NCBI GenBank assembly: GCA_964016885.1
Contig: OZ024743.1
Span: forward strand, 373,922,001 to 373,986,000
Source: Eledone cirrhosa
Lineage: Eukaryota
Direction of reading: 5' to 3'
DNA length: 64,000 nucleotides
Below, piece by piece: positions 1-14,657 of the stretch. The notes beneath the pieces were generated by a model. That model was not told the origin of the DNA and searched no databases. It saw only the letters and a program-made list of their open reading frames with translations. Position numbers and translations under genes: made by a program. How positions within the stretch are numbered: the first letter of the stretch is position 1; each line of letters starts with the position of its first letter.

Positions 1-59
1 TCAGATTTAAACCTACACTTAGAGACATCCACTCTTACAACAACAGCAAAGCCAACAGC

Positions 60-1995
60 AACCAAACAACCACCACCACTACCACCACCACCACCACCAC
101 CACCACCACCACCACCACAACTACCACCACCACCACCACCACCACCACCACCACCACTACCACCACCACCACCACCACCACCACCACCACCACCACCATC
201 ATAACCACCACCATCACCACCACCACTACCACCACTACCACCACCACCACCACCACCACCACCACCACCACCACCACCACCATCACCACCATCACCACCG
301 CCACCACCACCACCGCCACCACCACCATCACCACCATCACCACCACCACAATCACCACCATCATCAACACCACCACCACCATCACCACCATCACCACCAC
401 CACCACCATCAACACCGCCACCACCACCACCACCACCGCCACCACCACCACCACCACCATCACCACCACCATCACAACCACCACCACCACCACCACCACC
501 ACCGCCACCACCACCACCAACACCACCACCACAATCACCACCACCACCACCGCCACCACCACCACCACCACCACCACCACCACCACCGCCACCACCACCA
601 CCACCACCACCGCCACCACCACCACCACCACCACCACCACCACAATCACCACCACCAACACCACCACAATCACCACCACCACCACCGCCACCACCACAAC
701 CACCATCACCACCACCACCACCACCACCACCACCATCACCACCACCACCACCACCGCCACCACCACCACCACCACCACCGCCACCACCACCACCACCACC
801 ACCGCCACCGCCACCACCACCACCACCACCACCACCACCACCACCACCATCACCACCACCACCGCCACCGCCACCACCACCACCACCACCGCCACCGCCA
901 CCACCACCACCACCACCACCGCCACCGCCACCACCACCACCGCCACCACAATCACCACCACCACCACCACCACCACCACCACCACCACCACCACCACCAC
1001 CACCACCGCCACCGCCACCACAATCACCACCACCACCACCACCACCACCACCACCACCACCGCCACCGCCACCACAATCACCACCACCACCACCACCACC
1101 ACCACCACCACCACCACCACCACCACCATCACCACCACCACCGCCACCGCCACCACCACCACCACCACCACCACCACCACCACCACCACCACCACCGCCA
1201 CCACCACCGCCACCGCCACCACCACCACCACCACCACCACCACCACCACCACCACCGCCACCGCCACCACCACCACCACCACCGCCACCGCCACCACCAC
1301 CACCACCACCACCGCCACCGCCACCACCACCACCGCCACCACAATCACCACCACCACCACCACCACCACCACCACCACCACCGCCACCGCCACCACAATC
1401 ACCACCACCACCACCACCACCACCACCACCACCACCGCCACCGCCACCACAATCACCACCACCACCACCACCACCACCACCACCACCACCACCACCACCA
1501 CCACCACCGCCACCGCCACCACAATCACCACCACCACCACCACCACCACCACCACCGCCACCGCCACCACAATCACCACCACCACCACCACCACCACCAC
1601 CACCACCACCACAATCACCACCACCACCACCACCACCACCACCACCACCACCACCACCACCACCACCACCGCCACCGCCACCACAATCACCACCACCACC
1701 ACCACCACCACCACCGCCGCCATCACCACCACCACCATCACCACCACCACCGCCACCGCCACCACAATCACCACCACCACCACCACCACCACCACCACCA
1801 CCACCACCACCACCACCACCACCACCACCGCCACCGCCACCACAATCACCACCACCACCACCACCACCACCACCGCCGCCATCACCACCACCACCATCAC
1901 CACCATGATCATGTTAATAATCATCATCATCCTAATCACCACCGTCATCATCATCCCCTTCTTCCTCCTCCTTCTCCTCATTATCATCATCACCA
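60..1995. repeat. Compound (ACC)n/(GCC/ATC) trinucleotide microsatellite
   Basis: ~1.9 kb of ACC with interspersed GCC/ATC/ACA; the poly-V and poly-W ORFs here are artefacts. Confidence 0.95.
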
Positions 1996-2355
1996 ACTAC
2001 ACCAACACTGACCCAACTTTAAAAACTGTTTTCCTATCCTACACATTCTTTTCTTCCTTCTTTCTCTTCCCAGCAATTATTCTATCGTTCCACCTTTCAT
2101 TGGAACCGGGGAACAGAGACTCCCACTGAGCCTCAATACCAACAGGACCCTCGCTAACATCATCATCCCACCCCCACATAGACTCAGAAACAGAAATTAT
2201 TATTATCTTTTTTTTTTGCTGGGTTTTTCAATCAATAATATCGATCGGTGTAGTTATTTCTTTTTTTCTAAAAGTCTGCTACTTATTTTATCGATCTCTG
2301 TTTTGTTGAATTGCTTGGTTTTACAGAATATATAAACAAACAGTAACATACATAA

Positions 2356-2394
<39 letters not shown>

Positions 2395-2675
2395 CATATA
2401 TATGTATATATGTATATATATATATATATATGTAGATAAATCTACCAAGAGTTTACGGTAGTGTCCAATCCGTATGAAGAACTCAATGTATTCCGGACTC
2501 AATGTATTCCGGATATCATGGAAAGAAGAGATGTAATGAAAAATCACTTTCGGTGAAAGATAAACGGTATACAGAGTCAAGATAAAATATTAAACAAATA
2601 ATGAATAAACAATTCCTTATATTAAACAAACTTTTTTTGTTTAATATAAGGAATTGTTTATTCATTATTTGTTTA

Positions 2676-2712
<37 letters not shown>

Positions 2713-2715
<3 letters not shown>

Positions 2716-2822
2716 AAAAGAGTCAGGACCCCAGCGGCTGAGCTCCGGCCGTTTCGACGCTAAGTATTATCGAGTACTCTGCTGCGTTATGGTCCACCTG
2801 GTATCTTACCACACCCTAATTG
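2713..2822. mobile_element. Short interspersed (TA)n-associated repeat family 'gaaaagagtcaggacccc...ggccgtttcgac'
   Basis: Related copies at 3460-3512 (inverted), 3590-3640, 19950-20005 and 46528-46690, all next to (TA)n. Confidence 0.7.
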
Positions 2823-2850
2823 TTATATATATATATATATATATATATAT

Positions 2851-3043
2851 ACGTTATTCCGGGGTGAATCGGAGGTAACCACAGTAAGTAAGGTACTGAA
2901 AACATTGCAGAGTATAAAAGTTTTAATATAGATGAGATTCTACAGGACTAGAACTGTTTCATTCTTCAGAAATCATCAGGAATCATTCATTTCTAAAGAA
3001 TGAAACAGTTCTAGTCCTGTAGAATCTCATCTATATTAAAACT
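2851..3043 (-). mobile_element. Palindromic mini-element (PLE pLTR-derived) in (TA)n
   Basis: ~54-bp inverted arms (2919-2973 / 2989-3043) plus ~70-nt unpaired tail; flanked by (TA)n; carries a hammerhead. Confidence 0.75.
2936..2984 (-). ncRNA. Type I hammerhead ribozyme
   Basis: Minus strand GAUUC-CUGAUGA-UUUC ugaa GAAU-GAAA-CAG uucuaguc CUG-UA-GAAUC: 5-bp stem I, stem III ACAG/CUGU, GUA triplet, U.U at base of stem II. Confidence 0.75.
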
Positions 3044-3060
3044 ATATATATATATATATA

Positions 3061-3438
<378 letters not shown>

Positions 3439-3637
3439 GTATATATATATATACATACAGATCTAGCTGTCGAAACGGCCGGAACTCAGCCGTCGGGGTC
3501 CTGACCCTTTTCATATATATATATATATATATTACTCAACAGAGTACTCGATATTTGGGGTAGTAGAGTAGGATTACATTATAGTCTGAAACTAGCTGTT
3601 GAAACAACAACAGCTCAGCCGTCGCCCTCCCGACTTT

Positions 3638-3729
<92 letters not shown>

Positions 3730-3739
3730 TATATATATA

Positions 3740-3772
<33 letters not shown>

Positions 3773-3776
<4 letters not shown>

Positions 3777-4376
3777 GTCACCAGTTGGTGCTACTGGTAA
3801 CATGTATCCCAGTACAACCTGTCTCATGGTCGGGTCGTTGGCGACTAAACTGGCAACCCCACCAAGTTTCTTGGTGAGGAGGGTGACTTTGGACATCCTG
3901 CAGGACTAAAAACAAAACCTGTCAAAGGAGCTCTTAAGAGTCAATGGCCATCCAAAATCACTGGGAGAGATGACCCCTTAGCCTTTGTCAAGGCAGATTT
4001 CTAGGAGAAGGAAAACTCTGATATAACACCTGCAACTCTGATGGTATCCAATGATGTTGACTTGTTCTTCTTTTTGGTAAATATCATCTTGGTTAAGAGA
4101 GTGGGACTGGCTTTGTGCAGTGCCTTTGCTCACTATAAAAGCTTCACGGCACAGGCATTGCTTTATATCTGGAGATCTCTGATCTCTCTGTACTTGTCGT
4201 CACGTGGTACCATGGGCCCAGCACTGTGTCAATAATTGTCACAGGTGTAGTGTTTGTACCAGAGTTTTCAAGTCACTGGCTGGACTAAAAAGTCACACTC
4301 GTTCAGCGCATTGGTAGGGGTTCTCCTACATGGATATAAAGTAGTGGCCGTACTCGAAAACGAGTTGGCAGCCACC
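3773..4376 (+). mobile_element. Probable RTE-type LINE 5' UTR-derived fragment
   Basis: Non-repetitive block between (TA)n tracts; shares actctgatataa and tactcgaaa..gagttg(g)cagcc motifs with 39135-39420; family call is from recalled motif similarity. Confidence 0.4.
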
Positions 4377-4518
4377 ATATATATATATATGTATGTATAT
4401 ACTATAACCATACATGAGTTGAAAATCCTTTTTAGGTGAAACATTAGTTCCCATGTATGGTTTGGTAATTATTGTGGAATTAACTCTCTCTCCCCCCCCC
4501 CTCTCTCTCTCTCTCTAC

Positions 4519-4665
<147 letters not shown>

Positions 4666-4666
4666 C

Positions 4667-4711
<45 letters not shown>

Positions 4712-5074
4712 TTTGTAAAAAGACTGCATCGCTAAATCTTTAGAATATGAATTCAAAATAGGACAAAGACAAGTGTAAACACACGGGAAAACGGTCAGTG
4801 CCATCACATGGAAATCACAATGGTTTCGGTTTATTTAGGTTGATACCGGTCATTCCAGTGCACATTGGGATGTAACAAAGCAGGTAGAGACAAAGACATG
4901 ACAAGTTATACCTTTTGGTAAATTACACAAATATACATGGCAAAGTATCCCAAGTGTGTCAACTGACAAAGAAAGGAGAGAACGGTGTGCGAGGGAGAAA
5001 AAAATATAGAAAGGATAGATATAGAAAAAACAGAAAAGATTAATATGGACTGCAGTTCAATGTGCAGACAACGA

Positions 5075-5139
<65 letters not shown>

Positions 5140-5173
5140 TATATATATATAACTATATATATATATAACTATA

Positions 5174-5223
<50 letters not shown>

Positions 5224-5321
5224 AGAGATGTCAACATAAATGGACCTGTTATTTTTATCTAAAGACATGTTTTCCAATTCCTACTCGCCCGTCCCCTCAA
5301 TCTATCTTATTTCTCATTCTT

Positions 5322-5357
5322 TCTTCTGATGAAGGATTGGCGTCCGAAACGTTAAGA
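5322..5357 (+). ncRNA. Minimal type I hammerhead ribozyme
   Basis: UCUU-CUGAUGA-A-GGA uuggcg UCC-GAAA-CG-UU-AAGA; loopless CG stem III as in PLE minimal (dimer-folding) hammerheads. Confidence 0.7.
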
Positions 5358-5441
5358 CCCTCTTCCTGCTATATCAAACGTTAACCTAATATATCCCTTC
5401 CATATACCGTACCGATTGTGTTGTTATTTCCGTTTACCTTT

Positions 5442-5481
<40 letters not shown>

Positions 5482-5482
5482 T

Positions 5483-5564
<82 letters not shown>

Positions 5565-5604
5565 GATATTAAATAAATGGAAACTATATTTATAAAACCA
5601 TATC

Positions 5605-5670
5605 TATTTCATTATATATATTTCAGGGATATCATATTAACAATATGTTATGCCTTCCTCAGACAAAATA
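5605..5670 (-). ncRNA. Type I hammerhead ribozyme (CUGAGGA core)
   Basis: UAUUUUGU-CUGAGGA-[aggcauaacauauug uuaauaugauaucccu]-GAAA-UAUAUA-UA-AUGAAAUA; 8-bp stem I with 2 G.U pairs. Confidence 0.65.
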
Positions 5671-5791
5671 CAATATAGACAGTTTTATAGATAAATAGAT
5701 TTGACATACCGTTCAACATCGACTTGTATTTGAAAAAGTTGATTTGGCAGTGATATTAAATAAATGGAAACTATATTTATAAAACCATATT

Positions 5792-5853
5792 TATTCTATT
5801 ACATATATTGCAAAGGTACCAAAAATTTTGGTACGCTATCATCAGGTAAAATA
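5792..5853 (-). ncRNA. Degenerate hammerhead (GAAA->GCAA) in second tandem unit
   Basis: UAUUUUAC-CUGAUGA-[..guaccaaa auu uuugguac..]-GCAA-uauaug-UA-AUAGAAUA. Confidence 0.5.
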
Positions 5854-6172
5854 CAAAATGTTTTATAAATAGATCAGAGCAAACAGCACGGACACTCTAT
5901 CTCAAAATTATTTTTGAAAAGCATTTAGAAATGCGCAACCGGTAAAGACTTAAAAACTTAAAACCACAACTGAATACTAACCCATACAATCACTAATACT
6001 CTTTTATTCCTAATTAAACCATTTTTCAACTGTGAACAATTTGTCAGCATTTTCTATTCCGTTTACCAATATATAATAACTTGTGTGTTACACCTCTATT
6101 CTTTTAACTATATATATGTATATATATATATGCTCACACCCATATATATATATATATGTATATATTCATACA

Positions 6173-6244
<72 letters not shown>

Positions 6245-6362
6245 TACACACACATACACACACATATATGTATGCATAGTAGTGTTGATGTGTAGGTGTA
6301 TACATAAGATATAAATAAGTATTCTAGATATTGCCAGCTACACAAATACCACAGTTACCTAA

Positions 6363-6640
6363 CTCACACCCCACCACCCCATCTCTCACACCCCACCACC
6401 CCATCTCTCACACCCCACCACCCCATCTCTCACACCCCACCACCCCATCTCTCACACCCCACCACCCCATCTCTCACACCCCCACCACCCCATCTCTCAC
6501 ACCCCACCACCCCATCTCTCACACCCCACCACCCCATCTCTCACACCCCACCACCCCCATCTCTCACACCCCACCACCCCATCTCTCACACCCCACCACC
6601 CCATCTCTCACATCCCACCACCCCATCTCTCACACCCCAA
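6363..6640. repeat. 22-bp minisatellite (cacaccccaccaccccatctct)
   Basis: About 12 near-identical tandem units. Confidence 0.9.
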
Positions 6641-6874
6641 CACCTCTCTTACCACCATCACCACCATTATAGCTTTCACAAACTACAACTACCTCAGTAT
6701 CATCCCCCTTTCCTCTCCTCTACCCCACCCACTGCATCACTCCCGGGTATAGCAGCATCATCAACTAGGCTAAAGAGGAGGTGTGAGACGCCCCCCCCCC
6801 CATGTTCCACCCCGTTGCCTAAATCACCACTCGTTGCTGCCCTGTTTGCAACGAGATGTGTTTTGGTGAGAAGT

Positions 6875-7372
<498 letters not shown>

Positions 7373-7577
7373 AAATTTCTATTTAATTGCGCGGGTAGAT
7401 ATTATTTTATTCACCTATTTGTTTCAGTCAATAGACTGTGGCCATACTGGTGCACCGGCTTTTACGAATTTAGTCGATCAATATTTGGAGGTAATTTATC
7501 GATCTCTATTTGTCGAACTACGGGGGTTACGGGACATGAACAAACAGTAAACACAAACACACATACATAATATATAT

Positions 7578-7635
<58 letters not shown>

Positions 7636-7734
7636 TTTAACTCCGTTTCTTCAGTTTGTATCTCTATATATCTATATATATATAACCTTGTATCTAATTG
7701 TCTGTCTCGTTATTATATATATATATACGACATA

Positions 7735-7885
7735 CGACGGGCTTCTTCATAGTTTCCGTCTACGAAATTTCACTCGGAAGCCGAGGCTATAGTAGAAGAC
7801 AGTTGCTAAAGGTGTCACGCAGTGGGACTGAAACCGAAACCACGTGGTTACAAGGCGAACTCCTTAACAACACGGTCATACATAC
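7735..7885 (-). mobile_element. tRNA-derived SINE, family C
   Basis: Minus strand gttaaggagttcgccttgtaaccacgtggtttcggtttcagtcccactgcg (A/B-box-like head); related copies near 20270, 21340-21450, 22035-22170, 23935-23990, 29130-29260 and 45110-45195. Confidence 0.7.
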
Positions 7886-8299
7886 CTGTTAAATGAAAAT
7901 TTAGTTGGTTGCACTACTAATAAGTGGTAGAGGCAGTAGGAGTGATAGTGGTTATAGTAATTTAGTTGCAGCTATAGTTCATAGCACAGTAGTGAATCCT
8001 GTAGTAGTAGTAGTAGTAGTAGTAGTGTTGACTTTTTGGAGCGGCAAAGTCAACAACGCCGGTTGGATTTGAACTAAGAATGGAAAACATTTTTGTCTAT
8101 TACGACTTGAAAAGATCCGACTTTAGAGTCTTTTATTTTATTTTTATTGACAAAGTCCCACGAGGATAAAGGTTTCACTGTACTGCAACTGGAAATTGAA
8201 ATCAAAACCCAGCGGAAATAACCCCAATGTAATAATTATACCAGAGCATTTGGCGCGCTACTGATTCTGCTACCCAATAATTCGGACATTGTCAGTAAT

Positions 8300-8507
8300 A
8301 ATTCTTTCAAACATTGGCACAAGTTCAGCAATTTGGGAGAAAAGGAAATGTCGATTATATCGACCCATTATTTAACTGGTACTTTAGTTTATCGATCTCA
8401 GAATGATGAGAAGCAAAGTTGACCTCTACGGGATTTGAACTTAGTACGTAAAGATCCGAAATCAAACAGTACGAAGCATTTTGTTAATCGCTCTAACGAT
8501 TCTGCCC
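8300..8507 (-). mobile_element. tRNA-derived SINE, family A (old copy)
   Basis: Matches the 24165-24343 copy (ggcacaag...actggtactt..ttatcga...gatttgaact). Confidence 0.75.
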
Positions 8508-8948
8508 TGGTTAAGTAAATTGTGTTGTATAAGTCTACTTTGAAGGGTTAACAGTGGTATCCTTGTCTGGCTTGGTATTTGGAAATGGAGAGAAAGAGGG
8601 GGAGAAGAGAGAGAGGAGAAAACTAGAGGAATCAGTGGCATTGATGCACTTTCCGACGCTAATTAATTTACGGGAAATTGACGAGAATTGAAATGTTCGA
8701 CCGGGATGCCACGGTTTTTAAACGTGGACATTTACAAATGGAACCCCCCCCCCCCAAAAAAAAATGGAGTCATCATCATCGTCCTAACTTCATCATCATC
8801 ATCAACATCATAATCATCATTACAACTTCATTACCATTGTCAATATCACCCCCTCCCCACCAACACCACCGTTACCGCCATCATCACCATCATCAACACT
8901 ACAATTGTCACCAGCGAAAATACCATTTATTTTCGCCAAGGTGAAAAT

Positions 8949-8991
<43 letters not shown>

Positions 8992-9061
8992 CACACACAC
9001 CCACACACACACCCACACCCACACACACACACCCACACACACATACACACACACGCGCACA

Positions 9062-9095
<34 letters not shown>

Positions 9096-9097
9096 CA

Positions 9098-9149
<52 letters not shown>

Positions 9150-9464
9150 TTTATAGATATATACACACAAAACTGTCCTTAGGATATGACTGGTGGTAAT
9201 TTCTTATAAATCTACCATCAGTGATTGCACTGAAAAAGTATCTATGTGTGGCAAAGATCGATGTTTGCTAACAATATTTAGTGAATTGATTTTTATAATA
9301 ATAGAGTATTGATGAGGAAGAGAGAGAAAGAAAGAGACGGGTGTGATTATGTGACGTTCATGCATTTTTCTTCGTATTTCAAACTTAGAGACTTTAATCA
9401 TAGTGTTTTGATTTCCATACTCGGGATTCGAAACTTTGTCTTGCACATTTCGGATGTCTGCAAC

Positions 9465-9960
9465 ACGTTGTTGTTGTTGTTGTTGTTGTACGATACAACA
9501 ACAACAACAACAACAACAACAACAGTAGCAAAAAACAATAATACCATCAACAATAACAACATCAACACTTACAACAATATATTAACCACCATCATCATCG
9601 TCATCACCACCACCACCACCACCACCACCACCACCACCACCAAAAACACTACCACCACCACCACCACCACCACCAAAAACACCACCACCACCACCACCAC
9701 CACCAAAAACACCACCACCACCACCACCGCCACCACCACCACCAAAAACACCACCACCACCACCACCACCACCACCACCACCACCACCAAAAACACCACC
9801 ACCACCACCACCACCACCAAAACCACCACCACCACCACCACCACCACCACCACCACCACCACCACCACCAAAACCACCACCACCACCACCACCACCACTA
9901 CCACCACCACCACCACCACCACCACCACCACCACCACCACCACCACCACCACCAACAGCT
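9465..9960. repeat. (TTG)/(AAC)/(ACC)n microsatellites
   Basis: Seen directly. Confidence 0.9.
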
Positions 9961-10104
9961 ATTACAATATTCATTGTGAATTTTGAATTATTTTATTTTT
10001 CTATATTGCATGCAATGTAAGTAAGCTTTGTATCGACACATGCTCGTATATATACATGTCATTAAGTTGTTATATATATATATACATACATACATATATA
10101 TATA

Positions 10105-10163
<59 letters not shown>

Positions 10164-10674
10164 TATATATATATATGCATATTTTTGTGTTTTTGAGTGT
10201 GAATCGCAGTATGCATATTCACACACGCATAACAAAAGTACATACGCACAAACATTTACACACACACACACACACGTACACGCAGACGCACACATACAAT
10301 CATGTTCTATCACTCACTCGCTCTCTCGCACACAGACATATACACACATTTACTGTGAGGTACGCACACGCATATACACACACATATAGACACACACATA
10401 CACACACAGATATATGTGTGGTTGCATCTGAGCCTCGTCATCGACATCGGGGAAATATTGCCAGACAAAGGTAAACAAAAATTGAGCAAAAATGTTCACC
10501 AATTCTCATTCTTTTATTCTTATATTCCTATAATACTCTTTGTTTTATTCCGTCAAATTTTACCTTTTTCATTTCGCCCTTCAAATGTTCACTCTTTCTT
10601 TCTTTCTTTCTTTCTTTCGTTCAGGCTTTGTAGCTTTCTCTCTCTCGTTTAATCTCTTCCGTCCTCTCTATCAC

Positions 10675-10724
<50 letters not shown>

Positions 10725-10826
10725 CTACCGCCCCTCTCACTCACTCTCGTCCTCTCTCTCTCTCTCGTTCTTTCTTTCCTTTTCACTTATTTTCTATCCT
10801 GATTAATTTAACCATACCTGCTACAG

Positions 10827-10941
<115 letters not shown>

Positions 10942-10977
10942 CTATTTATCTATGTATCTATTTTTCTTTCTATCTAT

Positions 10978-11306
10978 GAAAGATGGGTGAAAGTGGCGAG
11001 AATGGCCCGTGTGAATGGGCCTTCACTCTACATCAGACTATAGGTGAGGAAAATGAAAGACCAAGGGAGCACCCCTTCTCTGTGCTCCTGAGGAGAAGGG
11101 TTGCACACTTTTTTCGGGGGTGTGTGCGACCCTCCAAGGCGCCTCCTCTCTATTGAGGATTTTGTTATAAATTTTATCTTGTTATATTTTATTTTATTTT
11201 TATATATTGTTATTGCCTCCTCCTTATTGAGGACGCCTTGTTTTGTAAACTCCCCCCATTGTACTTGTCCCACTTTCTGATGCCCTGGTGGCAAATAAAA
11301 AGAAAA
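10978..11306 (+). mobile_element. Possible LINE 3' end inserted in (CTAT)n
   Basis: Short reading frame ERWVKVARMARVNGPSLYIRL* followed by UTR-like sequence ending aataaaaagaaaa; (CTAT)n upstream and degenerate CTAT repeats downstream. Confidence 0.35.
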
Positions 11307-11694
11307 TTATCTATTTTTCTATCTATCTATCAAAATCTCTCTCTCTCTCTCCCTCTCTCTCTCTTCCTCTCTCTCTATCTATTTCTCACACACACTCTCT
11401 CTATCTATATATGTGTATCTATTGATCTATCAATCATTCATCTATTTACCTATCTATCTATCCACTAAACCATTTATCAATAACATATGTCTACATACCA
11501 GCTCTTTCTTTCTTTCTTTCTTTCTCTCTTTTCTCTCTGTCTCTCTCTCAAAAATGGTTTATATATAAATGTGTCTGTATGAGTGTATGTACGTGTGTGT
11601 ATGTATTTGTCAATGTGTATGTGTGTATATATACGTATACGTCGTGATATCTATTATTTTCTATAAATGTTATGTATGGATCTATCTATATATA

Positions 11695-11725
<31 letters not shown>

Positions 11726-12224
11726 TAGTTTTAATATTTCTGAAAATTCTCTTCTCTTCATTTCTCAGTTCCTCCATCTTTTTTCTCCCCCTCCCCTTCC
11801 TCCTCCCCACCCAATAACCCAGCCACCCAATCACTTTAACTTCTACCCTGCAACTATTCCTCCTTTACTTAGTAACTCCACCCGCCTGTCTGCCCGGCGT
11901 TCGACCCATTCAATGTATTCTGCTATATCGATTCAATTCTTCGTCTTAGCTGTTTACCCTAGTAAGATTTAAAAAAAAACAAAACAAAACAAGAAGCAAC
12001 AACAACAACAAAGTAAAAGAAATACCCCCCCCCCCCCACACCAAGAAAAACACAGAAACAAAATCAAACACAAAAAGAAAAACAGAAACAAAAAGCAACG
12101 ACTAAACGAACCTCACAACACTCTGTGGCCCATCCAACTGTATATTGAATGGGCACTTGTTGCTTTCCATCTTAAATCCATGTCGTACACACACACACGT
12201 ACACATACACACACACATATATGT

Positions 12225-12323
<99 letters not shown>

Positions 12324-12612
12324 GAGAGAAAGAGAGTGAGAGAGAGAGAGACAGAGATGCACAGGCCTCGCGAACACACAGACACACATACAGGCGTGTG
12401 CACACACATATTCAAGACATACATCACACACTGATTACACAGACAGATATACATATGCGTGCCTGCTCACACACAGACAATATATATACATATATATATA
12501 TAATAATGGAGCTGCGGCGCTGCAAATGGGTTACATATGAAAAAGTTTGTCCTCATCAGTGGCCTTCCAACCGTATATATATATATATTTTAGTCTTCAA
12601 ATTTATTATTAT

Positions 12613-12651
<39 letters not shown>

Positions 12652-12654
<3 letters not shown>

Positions 12655-13120
12655 CATTTCTGAATTTGTTTAGCAAGATTCTTTATCTGAAAACGTGTGT
12701 TGAAACCGATATTGTTATACTTTGGGAGGGTCATGTTGCCAATAAGAAACACACGCACCAGTTGTTTCACTTCAATTTATAATAAATTTATAAATTTAGG
12801 AATTTATAAATTTACGGTTGGTTGGTTGGTTCCACAACCAGATGGTTGTTTATATATTGTCAAAGTTCTTTCGTCACACATTCTGTGACCTCTTCAGTGA
12901 CTGGGGATTCTTTTCTTTGTTTATTTTGTGCCTCTTAGAGGTCACAGAATGTGTGACGAAAGAACTTTGACAGTATATAAACAACCATCTGGTTGTGGAA
13001 CCAACCAACCGGAAATTTATAAATTCCTAAATTTATAAATTTATTATAATAAATTGAAGTGAAAGCAACTGGTGCGTGTGTTTCTTATTGGCAACATGAC
13101 CCTCCCAAAGTATAACAATA
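12652..13120 (-). mobile_element. Palindromic non-autonomous PLE derivative (family P), copy 1
   Basis: ~185-bp inverted arms (~12709-12892 / 12937-13120), ~55-nt tail, (TA)n flanks; same family at 29941-31178 and 63401-63890. Confidence 0.9.
12859..12901 (-). ncRNA. Minimal type I hammerhead ribozyme (family P)
   Basis: GUCA-CUGAAGA-G-GUCACA gaaug UGUGAC-GAAA-GaaC-UU-UGAC. Confidence 0.8.
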
Positions 13121-13161
13121 TATATATATATATATATACAAATATAATTTCAGCGAGATCG

Positions 13162-13244
<83 letters not shown>

Positions 13245-13726
13245 AATACATATATATATATATATATATATAAATACACACGCACACACACCCAGACAAG
13301 ACACATACATACACACATACACACGCACACACAGATAGACATACATACATACGCGCGTGTGCTCACACACACACACACAGACACACAGATACATCAAGTT
13401 TAAAGAATATTTTCCTAACTGGCACCACAATCGATTTACCACAATAGGACGGTCAAGCCTGTGGAAGAATTCAACGTTCTTCGCAATCAACTGTTGCTAT
13501 ACATGATGTAGCAGCTTCTTCTTCTTCTTCTTCTTCTTCTTCTTCTTCTTCTTCTTCTTCTTCTTCTTCTTCTTCTTCTTCTTCTTCTTCTTCTTCTTCT
13601 TCTTCTTCTGCCTGTTGATATATTATACGTACCTAGGATATGCCCATTACGTATTGCATAGCCATGTCAATACAACACAAACGGGTATTGTTTTTTTATT
13701 TTACTGTTTAGTGAGAGAGGGAGTGA

Positions 13727-14525
13727 GGGCACGTGACCTAGTGTTCAGGGTTTGGCTTTACCATTTGTAAGGATAAGGTTTCGATGCCAGGACCGGGTAG
13801 CACGTTATGTCATTGAGCAAGACCACTTCATATCACATTGCTTCAGTTCACTGAGCTGAAATAAATGAACCCCCTCCCCCCACAACCCCACCACCACCAA
13901 CAACAACAACAACTACCATCACCAACTACCACCACCACCACCACCACCACCACCACCACCACCAATAACTACCATCACCAAACCAATCACCACCACCACC
14001 AACAACAACTACCATCACCAACTACCACCACCACCCCCACCACCACCACCACCACCACCAACAACAACAACTACCATCACCAACTACCACCACCACCACC
14101 ACCACCACCATCACCACCACCACCACCACCACCACCAACAACAATAACTACCATCACCAAACCAATCACCACCACCACCACCAACAACAACAACTACCAT
14201 CACCAACTACCACCACCACCACCACCACCAGCAACAACTACCATCACCAACTACCACCACCACCACCACCACCACCACCAGCAACAACTACCATCACCAA
14301 TCCAATCCCCACCACCACCACCACCACCAACCACCACCATACCACCAACACCACCACCACCACCACCACCACCACCACCACCACCACCACCACCAGCAGA
14401 TGGGGTTTAACTTGCGATGGACAGGCGTCCTGTCCAGGAAGGAGTTTTGTACTCTGTTTGTCACTTAGCGCAAATGAAACGAAGATAAGTTCCGGTCGGA
14501 AGAGGTTCAGGGTTCCTGACAGACT
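13727..14525 (+). mobile_element. tRNA-derived SINE family B, split by an (ACC/AAC)n expansion (~13870-14395)
   Basis: Head gggcacgtgacctagtg...gtttcgatgcc; body resumes at gcgatggacaggcgtcctgtccagg; colinear with the uninterrupted copy at 27410-27685 (-). Confidence 0.75.
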
Positions 14526-14545
14526 AGGGATAACAGAGATAAAGG

Positions 14546-14616
<71 letters not shown>

Positions 14617-14621
14617 AGAGT

Positions 14622-14657
<36 letters not shown>

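Noticed and set aside
35-1996. 653-aa poly-Val ORF
   Set aside because: Translation of an (ACC)n microsatellite; no complexity or splice context
12535-12575. CUGAUGA on the minus strand
   Set aside because: No stem II + GAAA or stem I partner
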